Shown: piece after piece, positions 1 to 9,570 of the stretch
How the letters are laid out: each line of letters starts with the position of its first letter
Position numbering within the stretch: position 1 is the stretch's first letter
DNA from: Candidatus Wolframiiraptor gerlachensis
Lineage (GTDB): Archaea; Thermoproteota; Nitrososphaeria_A; Caldarchaeales; Wolframiiraptoraceae
Reading direction: 5' to 3'
Length of the DNA: 64,000 nt
NCBI GenBank assembly: GCA_021323375.2
Contig: JAJPCT020000017.1
Coordinates: 1-64,000, forward strand
Made by a program: the position numbers and the translations under genes
Notes under the pieces: generated by a model
Database searches by the model: none
The model's input: the letters and a program-made list of their open reading frames with translations, nothing else
What the model was told of the DNA's origin: nothing

Positions 1-222
1 CAGCCCCTCCCCCCACCCCCTCCCCCCAGAGGAGGATGCCTCCCCTGGGGTCGGGCCCCGGCGGCCAAGACTGTTGAGCCGGGGGACCCCAGGCCATAAC
101 CTCCCCCTCCTAGAGGAGGGGGTTGAGGCATGAGCATTTTTGGGCGGCTTCCTCAATCACCTGCGACCATTGTTTTCTAGGGCCCCTGGGTCGCAGGCTC
201 ACTAGATCCTTCAGGAGCCCTC
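1..222 (-). other. GC-rich multi-hairpin non-coding transcript, probable rRNA operon 5' leader running off the window
   Basis: Minus-strand TTATATAA at about 245-252, then nested stems (cctgcgacc/ggtcgcagg, cctggggtc/gaccccagg, ccccggc/gccgggg) and a G-rich strand at the edge; no credible ORF. Confidence 0.4.
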
Positions 223-520
223 TATGGGGAAGTTCTCGGAGGGGTTATATAAGGTGTGTCAGGGTTATTGGGTGATTTATGTGCGTGCTTTTGGAGATTG
301 GCCATGGAATGGCCTCTATAGTCGTGATAGAGCCCTGAATGGGCCTCAAAGACCTTTAGATACCCTGGCCATCCTTTGGCCATCCGGATGGATGCTGAGC
401 GTCATACATTGAGAATATTGAGATAGCGATCTGCTCGGCCTGCATGGAGCCCCTCTAGGGCCGGAGATTAGGGCGCTCGGCAAAGGTTGAGAAGATCATG
501 CCTTAGGAGTTCAGGGAGAG

Positions 521-700
521 ATGGCTGAGTCTGTGAAGAAGAGGGGTTAGCTGAATATGCTCGAGGTTGCTAGGAGGCTTGGCGTACTGGTGCACAAGAC
601 TAGGGAAATGGCCGAGGCATTAGCCCGAGAGAAGGGATGGTAAATAGAGAAGGCCCGGAGAAAACTGATACTAAGGAGGCCGGCACCAGCGCCCGCATAA
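521..700 (+). pseudogene. decayed small HTH protein gene
   Basis: Reads MAESVKKRG*LNMLEVARRLGVLVHKTREMAEALAREKGW*IEKARRKLILRR with in-frame stops at 548-550 and 641-643. Confidence 0.5.
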
Positions 701-817
701 GACTAGAGGCTCGCCGGGCATCAGCTGCAGGATGGCGAGGCGGGCTCATATCTCTGCGCTTCAATTATTTTTAATCACCCTCCCAAATCTTCTCCTCCAT
801 CCTATCCACGGTTATCT

Positions 818-1504
818 TCAGAAGCCTTGCCTTCTCCTCCCTGAAATAACTCTCAACCTCATCCTCTCCCAGCTCCGCAGATTGGTAATGTGATGATGAG
901 TCCCGGCATTTTCTGAGGCTGTAGCGTGGAGGATATGATGAGACCTGACAAGCCTGAAAGCTCGGCTTCCCCTTTTAACTCTTCTGCCTGAAGATTCCCT
1001 TAGTCTTGGTATCCTCGCTAGCGCCAGCACCAAGGCCGAGCCTATTAGGGATTGCGCTATCAGCTCGCCCGGCAGCACGCCAATATACCCGACCCATATC
1101 ACGTCCCATAATGAGAAGCTCGGGAGGATTAGTATCGGGAGATATGATCCGACCATCAGCGTTATGATTAACGAGGATGCTAAGCTTGATAGGATTACCC
1201 TGAGCCTACTCAACCTGCTATAGCAGATTCGGTAGACCGTGTAGGAAGCGGCGAGGTTTGCGAGGCTTCCGAGCACGATATCTAGCGGGTTGGGCGGGTA
1301 GCCGACTGGGAAGAGGTTCGCGAAGAGGCATCCGAGGAAGACGCCGTAGGCCGCTGAGAGCCCAAAGATCGCCGAGAGCATTATCAGAGCATCTGAGACC
1401 CTAACCTGAAATGGGAGAAAGCTCACAGGAGCAAGCATGAATGTTATGATGAAGTATAGGGCGGCGAAAACCATAATCTCAGCGATCCGCTGGACCGGCC
1501 TCAT
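818..1504 (-). CDS. queT: QueT family transporter (ECF-type S component)
   Basis: AALYFIITFMLAPVSF..QVRVSDAL..GCLFANLF motif; likely start ATG 1504; last about 60 aa look non-conserved and overlap an antisense sRNA. Confidence 0.75.
   Translation of the reverse strand: MRPVQRIAEIMVFAALYFIITFMLAPVSFLPFQVRVSDALIMLSAIFGLSAAYGVFLGCLFANLFPVGYPPNPLDIVLGSLANLAASYTVYRICYSRLSRLRVILSSLASSLIITLMVGSYLPILILPSFSLWDVIWVGYIGVLPGELIAQSLIGSALVLALARIPRLRESSGRRVKRGSRAFRLVRSHHILHATASENAGTHHHITNLRSWERMRLRVISGRRRQGF
888..960 (+). ncRNA. C/D box guide sRNA
   Basis: C ATGATGA 893-899, 13-nt guide, D' CTGA 913-916, C' ATGATGA 935-941, 12-nt guide, D CTGA 954-957. Confidence 0.8.
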
Positions 1505-1527
1505 CCCGCAAGGCCTCCTCTCACATC

Positions 1528-2394
1528 TCAGCCCCAAGCCTCGGCTAGGAGCTTATAGTCATTTTCATCAAGCCTCCATCCAGCAGCTCCAGCATTCTCC
1601 TCAAGATGCTCCCTCCTAACAGACTTGGGTATCGTGATGACATGCTCATGCCAGATAACCCAGTTTAACGCGACTTGGATCGGCGTCCTCGAATACCTCT
1701 CAGCGACCTCCATCAGTATTCTCACCTTCCTGCTCCGCCCCTCACGAAGCTCCCTAGCAAGCCTCCCCTGCCCAAGGGGGCTATACGCCACTATAGTTAT
1801 GCCCACCCTGAAGCAGTAGGGCATCAGGTCCCTCTCAATACTCCTCTCATATAGGCTATACTCGACCTGATCCGCCACGATATCCGCATGCGACAGGTAT
1901 GATCTCGCCTCCTCGACAAGGCTCGCGGAGAAGTTGCTCACGCCGATATACCTTATCTTCCCCTCATCATGGAGCCTCTCCAAGGCTCTCATCGTCTCGC
2001 TAAGCGGGATCGAGGGATTCGGCCAGTGTATGTAGTATAGGTCTATGTGGCTTGTTTGAAGCCTTCTCAAGCTCCTCTCACAAGCCCTCAATACATCATC
2101 ATATCTCAGGTTTGTATGCCATACCTTGCTCGCTATGAAGACATCATCTCTCGCGAACTCTTTGATGGTCTCCCCAACGAGCTCCTCCGCATGGCCGCCG
2201 CCATAGATCTCGGCTGTGTCGATATGGTTCATCCCAAGCCTCACCGCGTATTTGATGGCCTCTATCGCCTGCTTGTCGGCGGAATAGCTTGGCGTCATGC
2301 CGCCGCCTACACCCCATGTTCCAAGGCCTATGACCGATATCCTCTCACCAGTCCTCCCAAGCACGCGATACTCCAACTCTACCCCAGCCTCCAA
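1528..2394 (-). CDS. aldo/keto reductase
   Basis: GLGTWG, IDTAEIYG, DLYYIHWP, IGVSNFS, AYSPLG motifs. Confidence 0.95.
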   Translation of the reverse strand: MEAGVELEYRVLGRTGERISVIGLGTWGVGGGMTPSYSADKQAIEAIKYAVRLGMNHIDTAEIYGGGHAEELVGETIKEFARDDVFIASKVWHTNLRYDDVLRACERSLRRLQTSHIDLYYIHWPNPSIPLSETMRALERLHDEGKIRYIGVSNFSASLVEEARSYLSHADIVADQVEYSLYERSIERDLMPYCFRVGITIVAYSPLGQGRLARELREGRSRKVRILMEVAERYSRTPIQVALNWVIWHEHVITIPKSVRREHLEENAGAAGWRLDENDYKLLAEAWG

Positions 2395-2410
2395 ACATTT
2401 TGAGCCATGT

Positions 2411-3013
2411 TTAATGAAGCTTTCCCAAGTATTCTCTCACGCCCTCAAGGATGAATTGAACGGCTATTGCTGCTAGGAGCATCGCCATGATCTTCGAGAC
2501 GACGTTAGCGCCAACCTCCCCCAGCGCCTCATGTATCGGGGCCGCGAACCTGAGGATTATCCACGTTATAATGGCCGCGATCGTCACAGCCAACATCGCC
2601 ACAATAACCCCGAAGGTCTTCAATACTATGATCGTGGTGGTTATCGCGCCCGGCCCGACGAGAAGTGGGACGCCTAGGGGGACCGCGCCGGCATGCTCCG
2701 GGCTATAGGCCTTAAGTTGGGTCTCTGTCTTGAGTAGGAGCTCGAATGCGAGGAATAGGAGGAGCGCTCCACCCGCGATCCTGAAGCTATATAGCTCTAT
2801 GTCGAATATTCTTAGAACCCACTCGCCCAATGTGGCGAATAATATGAGCAGGCTGAAGCCCGTGAGAACCGCTATGTTGAAAACCCTCATCCTCGCAGCC
2901 TTATCAAGCCCACTGGTCAGCCCGAGGAAAATCGGTATATTCCCCAGGGGATCCATGACTATCAAGAGCGAGATAAGGGACTTTAGAAGCCCCATTATCA
3001 GGGTTTCAATCAT
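2411..3013 (-). CDS. MarC family membrane protein
   Basis: MDPLGNIPIF, FRIAGG, VPLGVPLLVGPGAI. Confidence 0.92.
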   Translation of the reverse strand: MIETLIMGLLKSLISLLIVMDPLGNIPIFLGLTSGLDKAARMRVFNIAVLTGFSLLILFATLGEWVLRIFDIELYSFRIAGGALLLFLAFELLLKTETQLKAYSPEHAGAVPLGVPLLVGPGAITTTIIVLKTFGVIVAMLAVTIAAIITWIILRFAAPIHEALGEVGANVVSKIMAMLLAAIAVQFILEGVREYLGKLH

Positions 3014-3082
3014 AAAGAAAACACAGTGAAGCCTGTTTATAGACGTGGACGAGCCGGCTACCCCTTACCTCAGTCTTTAAGC

Positions 3083-3337
3083 TTACTCTATCAGCGAGGC
3101 GGCTTTAAGCCTGTTTATCAGGTCTATTAGAGGCTCCCTAACATCCTCAACGCTCGTCTCGCTCAGGTTTGAGAACTCCGTCACAACCTCATCAATGGTC
3201 TTCCCATCGCAAATGCTCCAGACATATGCTACGATTTCATCAACTCTGTAGGCCTCATTCGCCTCATTAACTAACACTAGATTTCCTTCCTCGTCCCTAA
3301 ACAGCTCGCCCTTACGCTTAAGCTTAACCTCCTCCAT
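3083..3337 (-). CDS. PqqD family (RRE) protein
   Basis: Three strands then YVWSICDGKTIDEVV..LINRLKAASLIE. Confidence 0.75.
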   Translation of the reverse strand: MEEVKLKRKGELFRDEEGNLVLVNEANEAYRVDEIVAYVWSICDGKTIDEVVTEFSNLSETSVEDVREPLIDLINRLKAASLIE

Positions 3338-3419
3338 AACAAAATGTATTCGAGCGGGTTCGATATAAGTATTTCAGAAGAGGAAATTTCACAGTTATGA
3401 CCCAATTCTCTTGGAATAT

Positions 3420-4301
3420 TCACCGCGTGCTCATCTTCTCCAAAAATTTCCTCGACAAGCTAGCCGCTTCGCTCTCAGGCATTCCGAGAAGCTGATCCAG
3501 CCCCAGCCCGCGGTCGCTCAACTCCCTGATGAGGGCATATCCCAGATACCTGCCAGCGAAGCTTAGGCCTCCTACGGACTCAAATGGCGAGTAAAAGCGG
3601 TCTACAAGACCCTTCTCAGCACATTCCAAGTAGCTGGTGGCAAGCTCGTCCACCCGCTCCTCACATCTCTCAGCCCAATCCCCCTCCATGACGCCATGCC
3701 ACGAGTCCTCTCCAAGGATCAGCTTCTCCAAGAATTGTGCTAAGCCTTGGCTATAGAGCCTGAAGAAGGGGTCCTCCTCAAGCTCGGCGTATCTTTCCAC
3801 CCCACCCATCTCCACAGCATGGCGAAGCTGGCCGATGCCAAATGCTATGAGACCGCGGATATTTTGCTGATCAACCCATTTCAGAGATGCGAGAGCCCCT
3901 AGGTCTAAGAATAATGCCGCCTCATCAAGGATCGAGGCCGCCCACCTCGACTTCCACCCAGACCCAACATAGAGCGCGAAGATGGGCTCGTAGGGGAAGC
4001 CAAGCCTCCTAGAGGCGATAAGATATACATCCTCCAAGTTCTGGAGGGCAGTCATCCAAGCCTCGATCACGTCATGGATCAGCTTATCAAGTCGTGAAAG
4101 GATACTGGCAACTCTAGGCTGAAGACGATCCAATCCACGCCAGTGGGAGACCTCGAAGATGAGAAGCTCAGGGTATCTCGAGATATAGCTCGTAAGCCAG
4201 CCATGAAGTATCTCCTCTAGGGGCTTCCCGGAGTAGTCTCTCCAATAGATTATGAAGTCCCTCATGCTGTCGATAATCCTCATCCGCCGCACCTGCTTCA
4301 T
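3420..4301 (-). CDS. DUF2268-like Zn-peptidase-fold protein, apparently inactive
   Basis: LYSQGLAQ and GRYLGYALI resemble the EGLA and GYxxGY motifs, but HExxH is absent. Confidence 0.45.
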   Translation of the reverse strand: MKQVRRMRIIDSMRDFIIYWRDYSGKPLEEILHGWLTSYISRYPELLIFEVSHWRGLDRLQPRVASILSRLDKLIHDVIEAWMTALQNLEDVYLIASRRLGFPYEPIFALYVGSGWKSRWAASILDEAALFLDLGALASLKWVDQQNIRGLIAFGIGQLRHAVEMGGVERYAELEEDPFFRLYSQGLAQFLEKLILGEDSWHGVMEGDWAERCEERVDELATSYLECAEKGLVDRFYSPFESVGGLSFAGRYLGYALIRELSDRGLGLDQLLGMPESEAASLSRKFLEKMSTR

Positions 4302-4335
4302 AGAGCTTGCCGAGACTTAATTATACCCTCAAGTG

Positions 4336-5445
4336 CTAAAAAGGCTTCCAGAAGGCTTCCTCCCTCTCAATAAGACGTGGCAGGAGATTAACATCATCTA
4401 TTATCGCGTCGGCCCCTTTCCGGATGAATATCTCCAGAGCATACGAGTTTGTTAGAACTCCTGTGAAGAGGGCGTCAAGCCCATTCCCCCTAGCATTCTC
4501 GACTAGGATGAGGTCCTCCAGCGAGTTCCCAACATACATTATCTTCTCTGTGCCGAGTCTCTTGGAGCACTCGATTAAGATTCCGGGATCAGGCTTCTCA
4601 AGCCTGTCTGGGGCTTCTGCTGCGAATATGCTCGCCTCGAGGTTGAAGTAGTAGAGGAGTTCTTTGAGGCTTTTCAACGTCTCCCATCTCCCCCTTCCCG
4701 TGGCTATCGCGATGCCCCTCGGAACAATCTCGCTAAGCTTCTCGAGGACATCCTCCATGATCAGCGGCCTCTCCCTCTCGAGCAACCCCTCCCAAGACAC
4801 GTATCTAGGCTCCACGTCATACCTCTTCCTAACACCCTCCAGCCCCAAGTAAACTTCATCATAGAGCGTTGTCAGGAGGCCGGAGCCATATCGGGTTAAG
4901 GGCCCTAGTAGGCTCCTCAGCTCCCGGATCCGCATCAGCCTGTCAAGCCTCTCAGCCTCAGCATCAATAAGCTTCTCAAAGTCCCGCAGCCACATGATGC
5001 TGCCATATGCTTGTGAGGCCTTTTCAGAGATCCACATCAAGCCGTTTAGAACATAGCCCGGCGAGCTCACCTCCACCATACACCTCTCCAAATAAGCGTT
5101 CACATCATCTATCTCGGCGATGTCGTCGGCGATCCTCTCAATCGGCTCGTCAACCTTCATTATTATCGCTTGGGTTATGAGGCTCGTCTTATCCCAGTCG
5201 TTGTTAAAGCCGCCGAGCATCTCAAGCCTTTCCAAGACGTTGTTCACATCTTTTCCCAGCGAGCATTTGAGTCCATAGAGCTTCTCGAGGATTATGCAGG
5301 CCACAATCCGATCCGCCAGATAATATGACTCCGTTGAGTCTATGAGCGTTCCATCACAGTCGAAGATAATCGCCTCGACCTCGGCCAGCTTATCATAGCT
5401 CCTCTGATTGACCATAACTCCCTCTCCGAGAAGCTTGTAATCCAT
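4336..5445 (-). CDS. HAD superfamily hydrolase
   Basis: FDCDGTL, ATGR, KPDP, YVGNSLED. Confidence 0.9.
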   Translation of the reverse strand: MDYKLLGEGVMVNQRSYDKLAEVEAIIFDCDGTLIDSTESYYLADRIVACIILEKLYGLKCSLGKDVNNVLERLEMLGGFNNDWDKTSLITQAIIMKVDEPIERIADDIAEIDDVNAYLERCMVEVSSPGYVLNGLMWISEKASQAYGSIMWLRDFEKLIDAEAERLDRLMRIRELRSLLGPLTRYGSGLLTTLYDEVYLGLEGVRKRYDVEPRYVSWEGLLERERPLIMEDVLEKLSEIVPRGIAIATGRGRWETLKSLKELLYYFNLEASIFAAEAPDRLEKPDPGILIECSKRLGTEKIMYVGNSLEDLILVENARGNGLDALFTGVLTNSYALEIFIRKGADAIIDDVNLLPRLIEREEAFWKPF

Positions 5446-5457
5446 CCCCTAGTCCTC

Positions 5458-8400
5458 CTACTTGCTTATCGCTGGAGCCGCCCTAATCGCCATGACCTCC
5501 TGATAGAGCTCCTCAAGTATCTTCTGGTAATCCGCCTCGCCATTCTCAACACGATCCATGTCGGCCTCAAGCCTCCTCGTCAGCTCCTCGGAGACATATC
5601 CCCCAAACCTCTCCGTCAGATACTGGTATATCCTCATGCCCTTACTAGTCGCTATGAGCCTTCCAGCCCTCTCGATGACGTAGCCCCGCTCTAAGAGCGT
5701 CTCTATTATCTTGCTATATGTGCTCGGCCGGCCTATCCCCCTCTCCTTCATGAGCGCGACGACATCACCCTCGGTCAGGAGCCAGGCGGATGGAACCCTC
5801 CTAACCTCTAGGCTGCTCACAGGATGCTCGCCGCCCTCAATCCTATCCACAACCCTAACTGTCGGATAGAACTCGAGGAACCCCTTATCCAAGATCGCCA
5901 CATCCCTAGACTGCTCGACAATATTGCCCAAGACCTCTATGGAGACCCTCTGCGTGATTATCCTAGCTGGCCTACACTGGCTCGCGATAAACCTCCTGAA
6001 TATCAGGTCATACATCCTGTAATGGGTCTCGGTGAGCCTCGCCGCGGGCACGGTAATGAGGCCTATCCTGATATAGTATCTGAGCTTCTCGGCGTCGAGG
6101 GGCTTGACAGGCCTAATGCACTCATGAGCACCCTCCACCTTATACGTCCTAGGCATGAAGAGGCTTGGATTAATCTTGCTCAGATACTCCCTCGCTATCC
6201 CTATACCGACCTGCGAGACCGTCGTCGCATCAGTCCTATGATATGTTATGAGACCAGCCTCGAAGAGATCTTGAGCCACTCTCATCGCATTGGCCGCAGA
6301 GAGCTTCAGATACGCGGAGGCATCCCTCAGAAGAGAGTCCGTGGTATATGGTGGGGGCGGGTTAATGGTGGCCTCCTCCTCGCCGAGAACCCTGATGACT
6401 GCCTTAAGACTTCCCGCCTCCCACTCCCTCAGGATCTCATCGGCGTTCCCGGGCTCGAGAAGGTCTATGTAGAGATTCTCATTAAGCCTTATCCGTATCA
6501 GCATCCGCTTCTTCCTATACTCATTGGTCCTCCCGATTATCCATCCAAGCACGGGCGTCTGGACCCTGCCGGCTGAGAGCCACCTGCTCCCAAACCGCTC
6601 CCAGAGCTTCCTGCTAAGCTCGAATCCTATCCATCTATCCTCGATCCGCCTTAGGAGCTGTGCCTCCACGAGGCTGATATTCACATCCCTCTTAGCCTGC
6701 AGGGCTGAGAGAAGAGCCCTCCTCGTAACCTCATGGAACTCAAGCCGGTAGATGTTCGGGTTAAATGGCTTGATCAAGCACATGAGATCATATGATATCT
6801 TCTCGCCCTCGGCATCCGGGTCCGTCGCCAAGTAAACCTCGTTATACTGCTGTGCAAGCCTCCTAATCGCCTCGATTATCTCCATCTTGTCGAATATGTC
6901 ATCAGAGCCGCATGACGGGCATGGCCTTCCATCAGCCCACTGCTCGCCGCAGTTATAGCACCTCTTTATGACGCCGTAAACCGGGACAAACCTGCCATCC
7001 ACCCTCTCGACCCCGTGAAGGCCCCTCTCAGAGCCCGTGATCAGATCTGTTATATGGCCCTGCGTCGCGGCGACGCCGACTATCACGCCCCCTATCGCCG
7101 CCTCATAGACCGTCAGCGGCCCAATCCTTCTCCTGAACGGCCTCCCGAAGAGGTAGGCAATCGTCCTAGCCTTCGTCGGGGATTCGACAAGCATTAGAGC
7201 GGCCCTGACCAGGTCTTTCACGCGTATCTCAACCTCGCCTCGCTGAATCTCGGAGAGGATCCTTCGCTCCCTATCAACCTGCTCGAATATCAGCTCAGCC
7301 TTTCTCGGATCATATGGCTCGAAGTCAAGCTCCTCTATCTGGGCCTTAAGCCTCGTGATAAGGCCCCTGAAAGCCCTAGCATCATCAACAACAACTATGC
7401 TCACCCCCTTCATGATACCATAAGGGTAGAGCCTTGAGGTCCTGCCGGATGCCTGGATATAGCCGGTCGTGTCAGGTATGATTAGCGTGAAGCCATCCTC
7501 AACCTGCTTCAAGGTTATGTCGAGATCCCTCTCGATCCTCTCGAGGAGCTGGGGGCTCATGATCTTGTTCACAAAATCCCTCGCTGATGCTATCACATCC
7601 TGCGCATAGCCCTCGAAGCCGCTGAGCCTTACACCCTTCTCATCAGCCTCCCTGATCCTCTCCATAACACCCCTCGTCAGCGGCGTTATCTTCCTCAGCT
7701 TCGCTATGATCTGCTCAGACTCTCTCCTTAACCGCTCATCAAGGATCGGGATCAGGTTGAGGATGAGTGTGAGTAGCTTGCCAGGATTATACTCAACCCT
7801 CTCAATCCTAATCTCCCTCCTCGGGACGCCGGCGAAGACGGCGTATCTTATCCTCGATGGTAGATCTATTCCCCGTGTGAATGGGCTTCTCGAGGATGCT
7901 ATGCCAACCATGACATCTATCTCTCCGCTCGCGAATCTCTGGAGGATGTCCGGGCTCATCTTCTTGTATAAGTGGACTTTTAGGCCGGCCTGCTCTAGTG
8001 CCTCCGCTACCTTCTCAGCATATGCCCTGCCAAGAGCATGAGGTACGAATACGAGGCATCCTCCACCATGAGTCTTGACAAGCTTGATAGTCTCCTCGAT
8101 CACGTCTCCCGATGGCTCGATATAGAGGTCCTCAACATTTCTCACAAGCTCTTGGAATCTGCCGACCTCGAAGTCTAGCAGCTCTTCGAATATCATCATA
8201 CGTCTCGTCCTCTTCCCCTTGAGCGTGGCGCCGGCCACAACGAGTACCCCCCTCCTCCTCTTCCTCTCCTCCTCAATAGCTCTTGAGAGACGCTCACATT
8301 CCTCGGAGAGATCCTTTGATGGAGACTTCGCGAGCCTTACCCTGACATCTATAAACTTGAGCGCGAGATCAACAGCCTCCGGCCTCAGCCCAAGAAGACC

Positions 8401-9087
8401 AACAGCCTTATCAATATTCTTGGGCGACTTCAGAAAGGAGTCGACATCATCCACGAACACGTAGTCGAATGGCTTTATGTTCATGAGCAGGTCTCCATGA
8501 TCCACGAGAAACCTGTCAGTTGTTATCAGGATCAATGGGCCATCGTTCTCCCTAAGCTCTTCGAGGACTTTCTCCCTATCAGCCCTGCTCAGGCCGGCGT
8601 GATAGACTAGCAGCCTCTCACCAAGCTTAAGCCCAAGCCTATCGGCGAATGCTAACGCCTTCTCGTAGAGCTGCTGGGCCAAGATGCTGCTGGGGACTAT
8701 CACGTAGCACCGCTTCCGCCTCACCGCGTGAAGATAAAGCGCCATGATAAGCCCTAGAACGGTCTTGCCAACACCCGTAGGAGCAACTATGGCGAAGTTG
8801 TCGCCCGAGATTATCCTCTTTGCCCAGACCTCCTGAAGTGCCCAAGGCTCGAAGCCGAGAGCCCTCCTAAAGAACCTCCTAAACCCCTCATACTCGACCT
8901 GGATCCTAAGATACTCCTTAAGCTTCTCGAGCTTCCCAAGCCTCTTCAGCGCCTCAGCCGCCTCGATGAGGCTCGCAGCCTTCCCGGGAAGGCATTTCTC
9001 ACAGACCCCAACCTCAATCAGCCTAGCATCAGTTATCTCCCCGCCGCAGTTGCTACAAGCGAAGTTGTAGATACTCCTAATCTCCAT
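5458..9087 (-). CDS. rgy: reverse gyrase
   Basis: N-terminal Zn finger, APTGVGKT, VDDVD, YIQASGRTSR, TOPRIM VESPTKA/DPDAEGE, ITYHRTD; start probably ATG 9087. Confidence 0.97.
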   Translation of the reverse strand: MEIRSIYNFACSNCGGEITDARLIEVGVCEKCLPGKAASLIEAAEALKRLGKLEKLKEYLRIQVEYEGFRRFFRRALGFEPWALQEVWAKRIISGDNFAIVAPTGVGKTVLGLIMALYLHAVRRKRCYVIVPSSILAQQLYEKALAFADRLGLKLGERLLVYHAGLSRADREKVLEELRENDGPLILITTDRFLVDHGDLLMNIKPFDYVFVDDVDSFLKSPKNIDKAVGLLGLRPEAVDLALKFIDVRVRLAKSPSKDLSEECERLSRAIEEERKRRRGVLVVAGATLKGKRTRRMMIFEELLDFEVGRFQELVRNVEDLYIEPSGDVIEETIKLVKTHGGGCLVFVPHALGRAYAEKVAEALEQAGLKVHLYKKMSPDILQRFASGEIDVMVGIASSRSPFTRGIDLPSRIRYAVFAGVPRREIRIERVEYNPGKLLTLILNLIPILDERLRRESEQIIAKLRKITPLTRGVMERIREADEKGVRLSGFEGYAQDVIASARDFVNKIMSPQLLERIERDLDITLKQVEDGFTLIIPDTTGYIQASGRTSRLYPYGIMKGVSIVVVDDARAFRGLITRLKAQIEELDFEPYDPRKAELIFEQVDRERRILSEIQRGEVEIRVKDLVRAALMLVESPTKARTIAYLFGRPFRRRIGPLTVYEAAIGGVIVGVAATQGHITDLITGSERGLHGVERVDGRFVPVYGVIKRCYNCGEQWADGRPCPSCGSDDIFDKMEIIEAIRRLAQQYNEVYLATDPDAEGEKISYDLMCLIKPFNPNIYRLEFHEVTRRALLSALQAKRDVNISLVEAQLLRRIEDRWIGFELSRKLWERFGSRWLSAGRVQTPVLGWIIGRTNEYRKKRMLIRIRLNENLYIDLLEPGNADEILREWEAGSLKAVIRVLGEEEATINPPPPYTTDSLLRDASAYLKLSAANAMRVAQDLFEAGLITYHRTDATTVSQVGIGIAREYLSKINPSLFMPRTYKVEGAHECIRPVKPLDAEKLRYYIRIGLITVPAARLTETHYRMYDLIFRRFIASQCRPARIITQRVSIEVLGNIVEQSRDVAILDKGFLEFYPTVRVVDRIEGGEHPVSSLEVRRVPSAWLLTEGDVVALMKERGIGRPSTYSKIIETLLERGYVIERAGRLIATSKGMRIYQYLTERFGGYVSEELTRRLEADMDRVENGEADYQKILEELYQEVMAIRAAPAISK

Positions 9088-9208
9088 CCGAGCGGAAGAC
9101 AACCACGCAAGACTAAAAACCATTTCCTCGACCAGCCTCCATCGCTAGACTTTTAAGCACCCTTAACCCTCATATTCTTGAGCCCCCACAAGGGGGATAA
9201 GAATAAAA

Positions 9209-9270
9209 GCCCGATGATGAGGATGACCTGCACGGATGCTTTGATGAGGAGCATGCACCTCTCTGAGGGG
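9209..9270 (+). ncRNA. dual-guide C/D box sRNA targeting 16S helix 34
   Basis: C ATGATGA 9214-20, D' CGGA 9233-36, C' TTGATGA 9241-47, D CTGA 9263-66, terminal ccc/ggg stem; guides complement GCAGGUCA and GAGGUGCAUG. Confidence 0.85.
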
Positions 9271-9291
9271 TCTTCTGGGGGGCGTCTCAGG

Positions 9292-9561
9292 GTGAGGGTT
9301 AGGATTTTTGGCCCGCTTAAGGAGATCTCGGGGGGAGTAGATCTCTTCGAGTTTGAGGCTTATGAGGGTGAGAGCCTTATGGATGTCTTGAGGAGGCTTC
9401 CCGACCCTCTCCGGGGGAGGGTTCTCGAGGATGGGATGCTCTCGCCCGAGCTACTGGTCCTAGTTGATGGCATGGAGATGTCATGTCTTGGCAGGCCGGA
9501 TGAGATAAGGCTGAGGGGGGTTAAGGAGATTCACTTGGTGCCCGTTATTCATGGGGGCTGA
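9292..9561 (+). CDS. MoaD/SAMP/Urm1-like ubiquitin-fold protein
   Basis: Beta-grasp pattern ending PVIHGG; start moved to GTG 9292 because the longer ORF overlaps the sRNA. Confidence 0.85.
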   Translation: MRVRIFGPLKEISGGVDLFEFEAYEGESLMDVLRRLPDPLRGRVLEDGMLSPELLVLVDGMEMSCLGRPDEIRLRGVKEIHLVPVIHGG

Positions 9562-9570
9562 GTATTCGCC

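Noticed and set aside
130-160. Minus-strand TGAGGAAGCCGCCCA resembles the RNase P P4 5' strand
   Set aside because: Missing residues in the motif and no recognisable downstream RNase P elements
224-412. 62-aa ORF
   Set aside because: Overlaps a promoter-like AT tract; no protein-like features
695-755. Possible degenerate C/D sRNA on the minus strand
   Set aside because: All boxes deviate from consensus and no target was recognised
5824-6576. 250-aa ORF and many other antisense ORFs
   Set aside because: Shadow frames of well-supported genes
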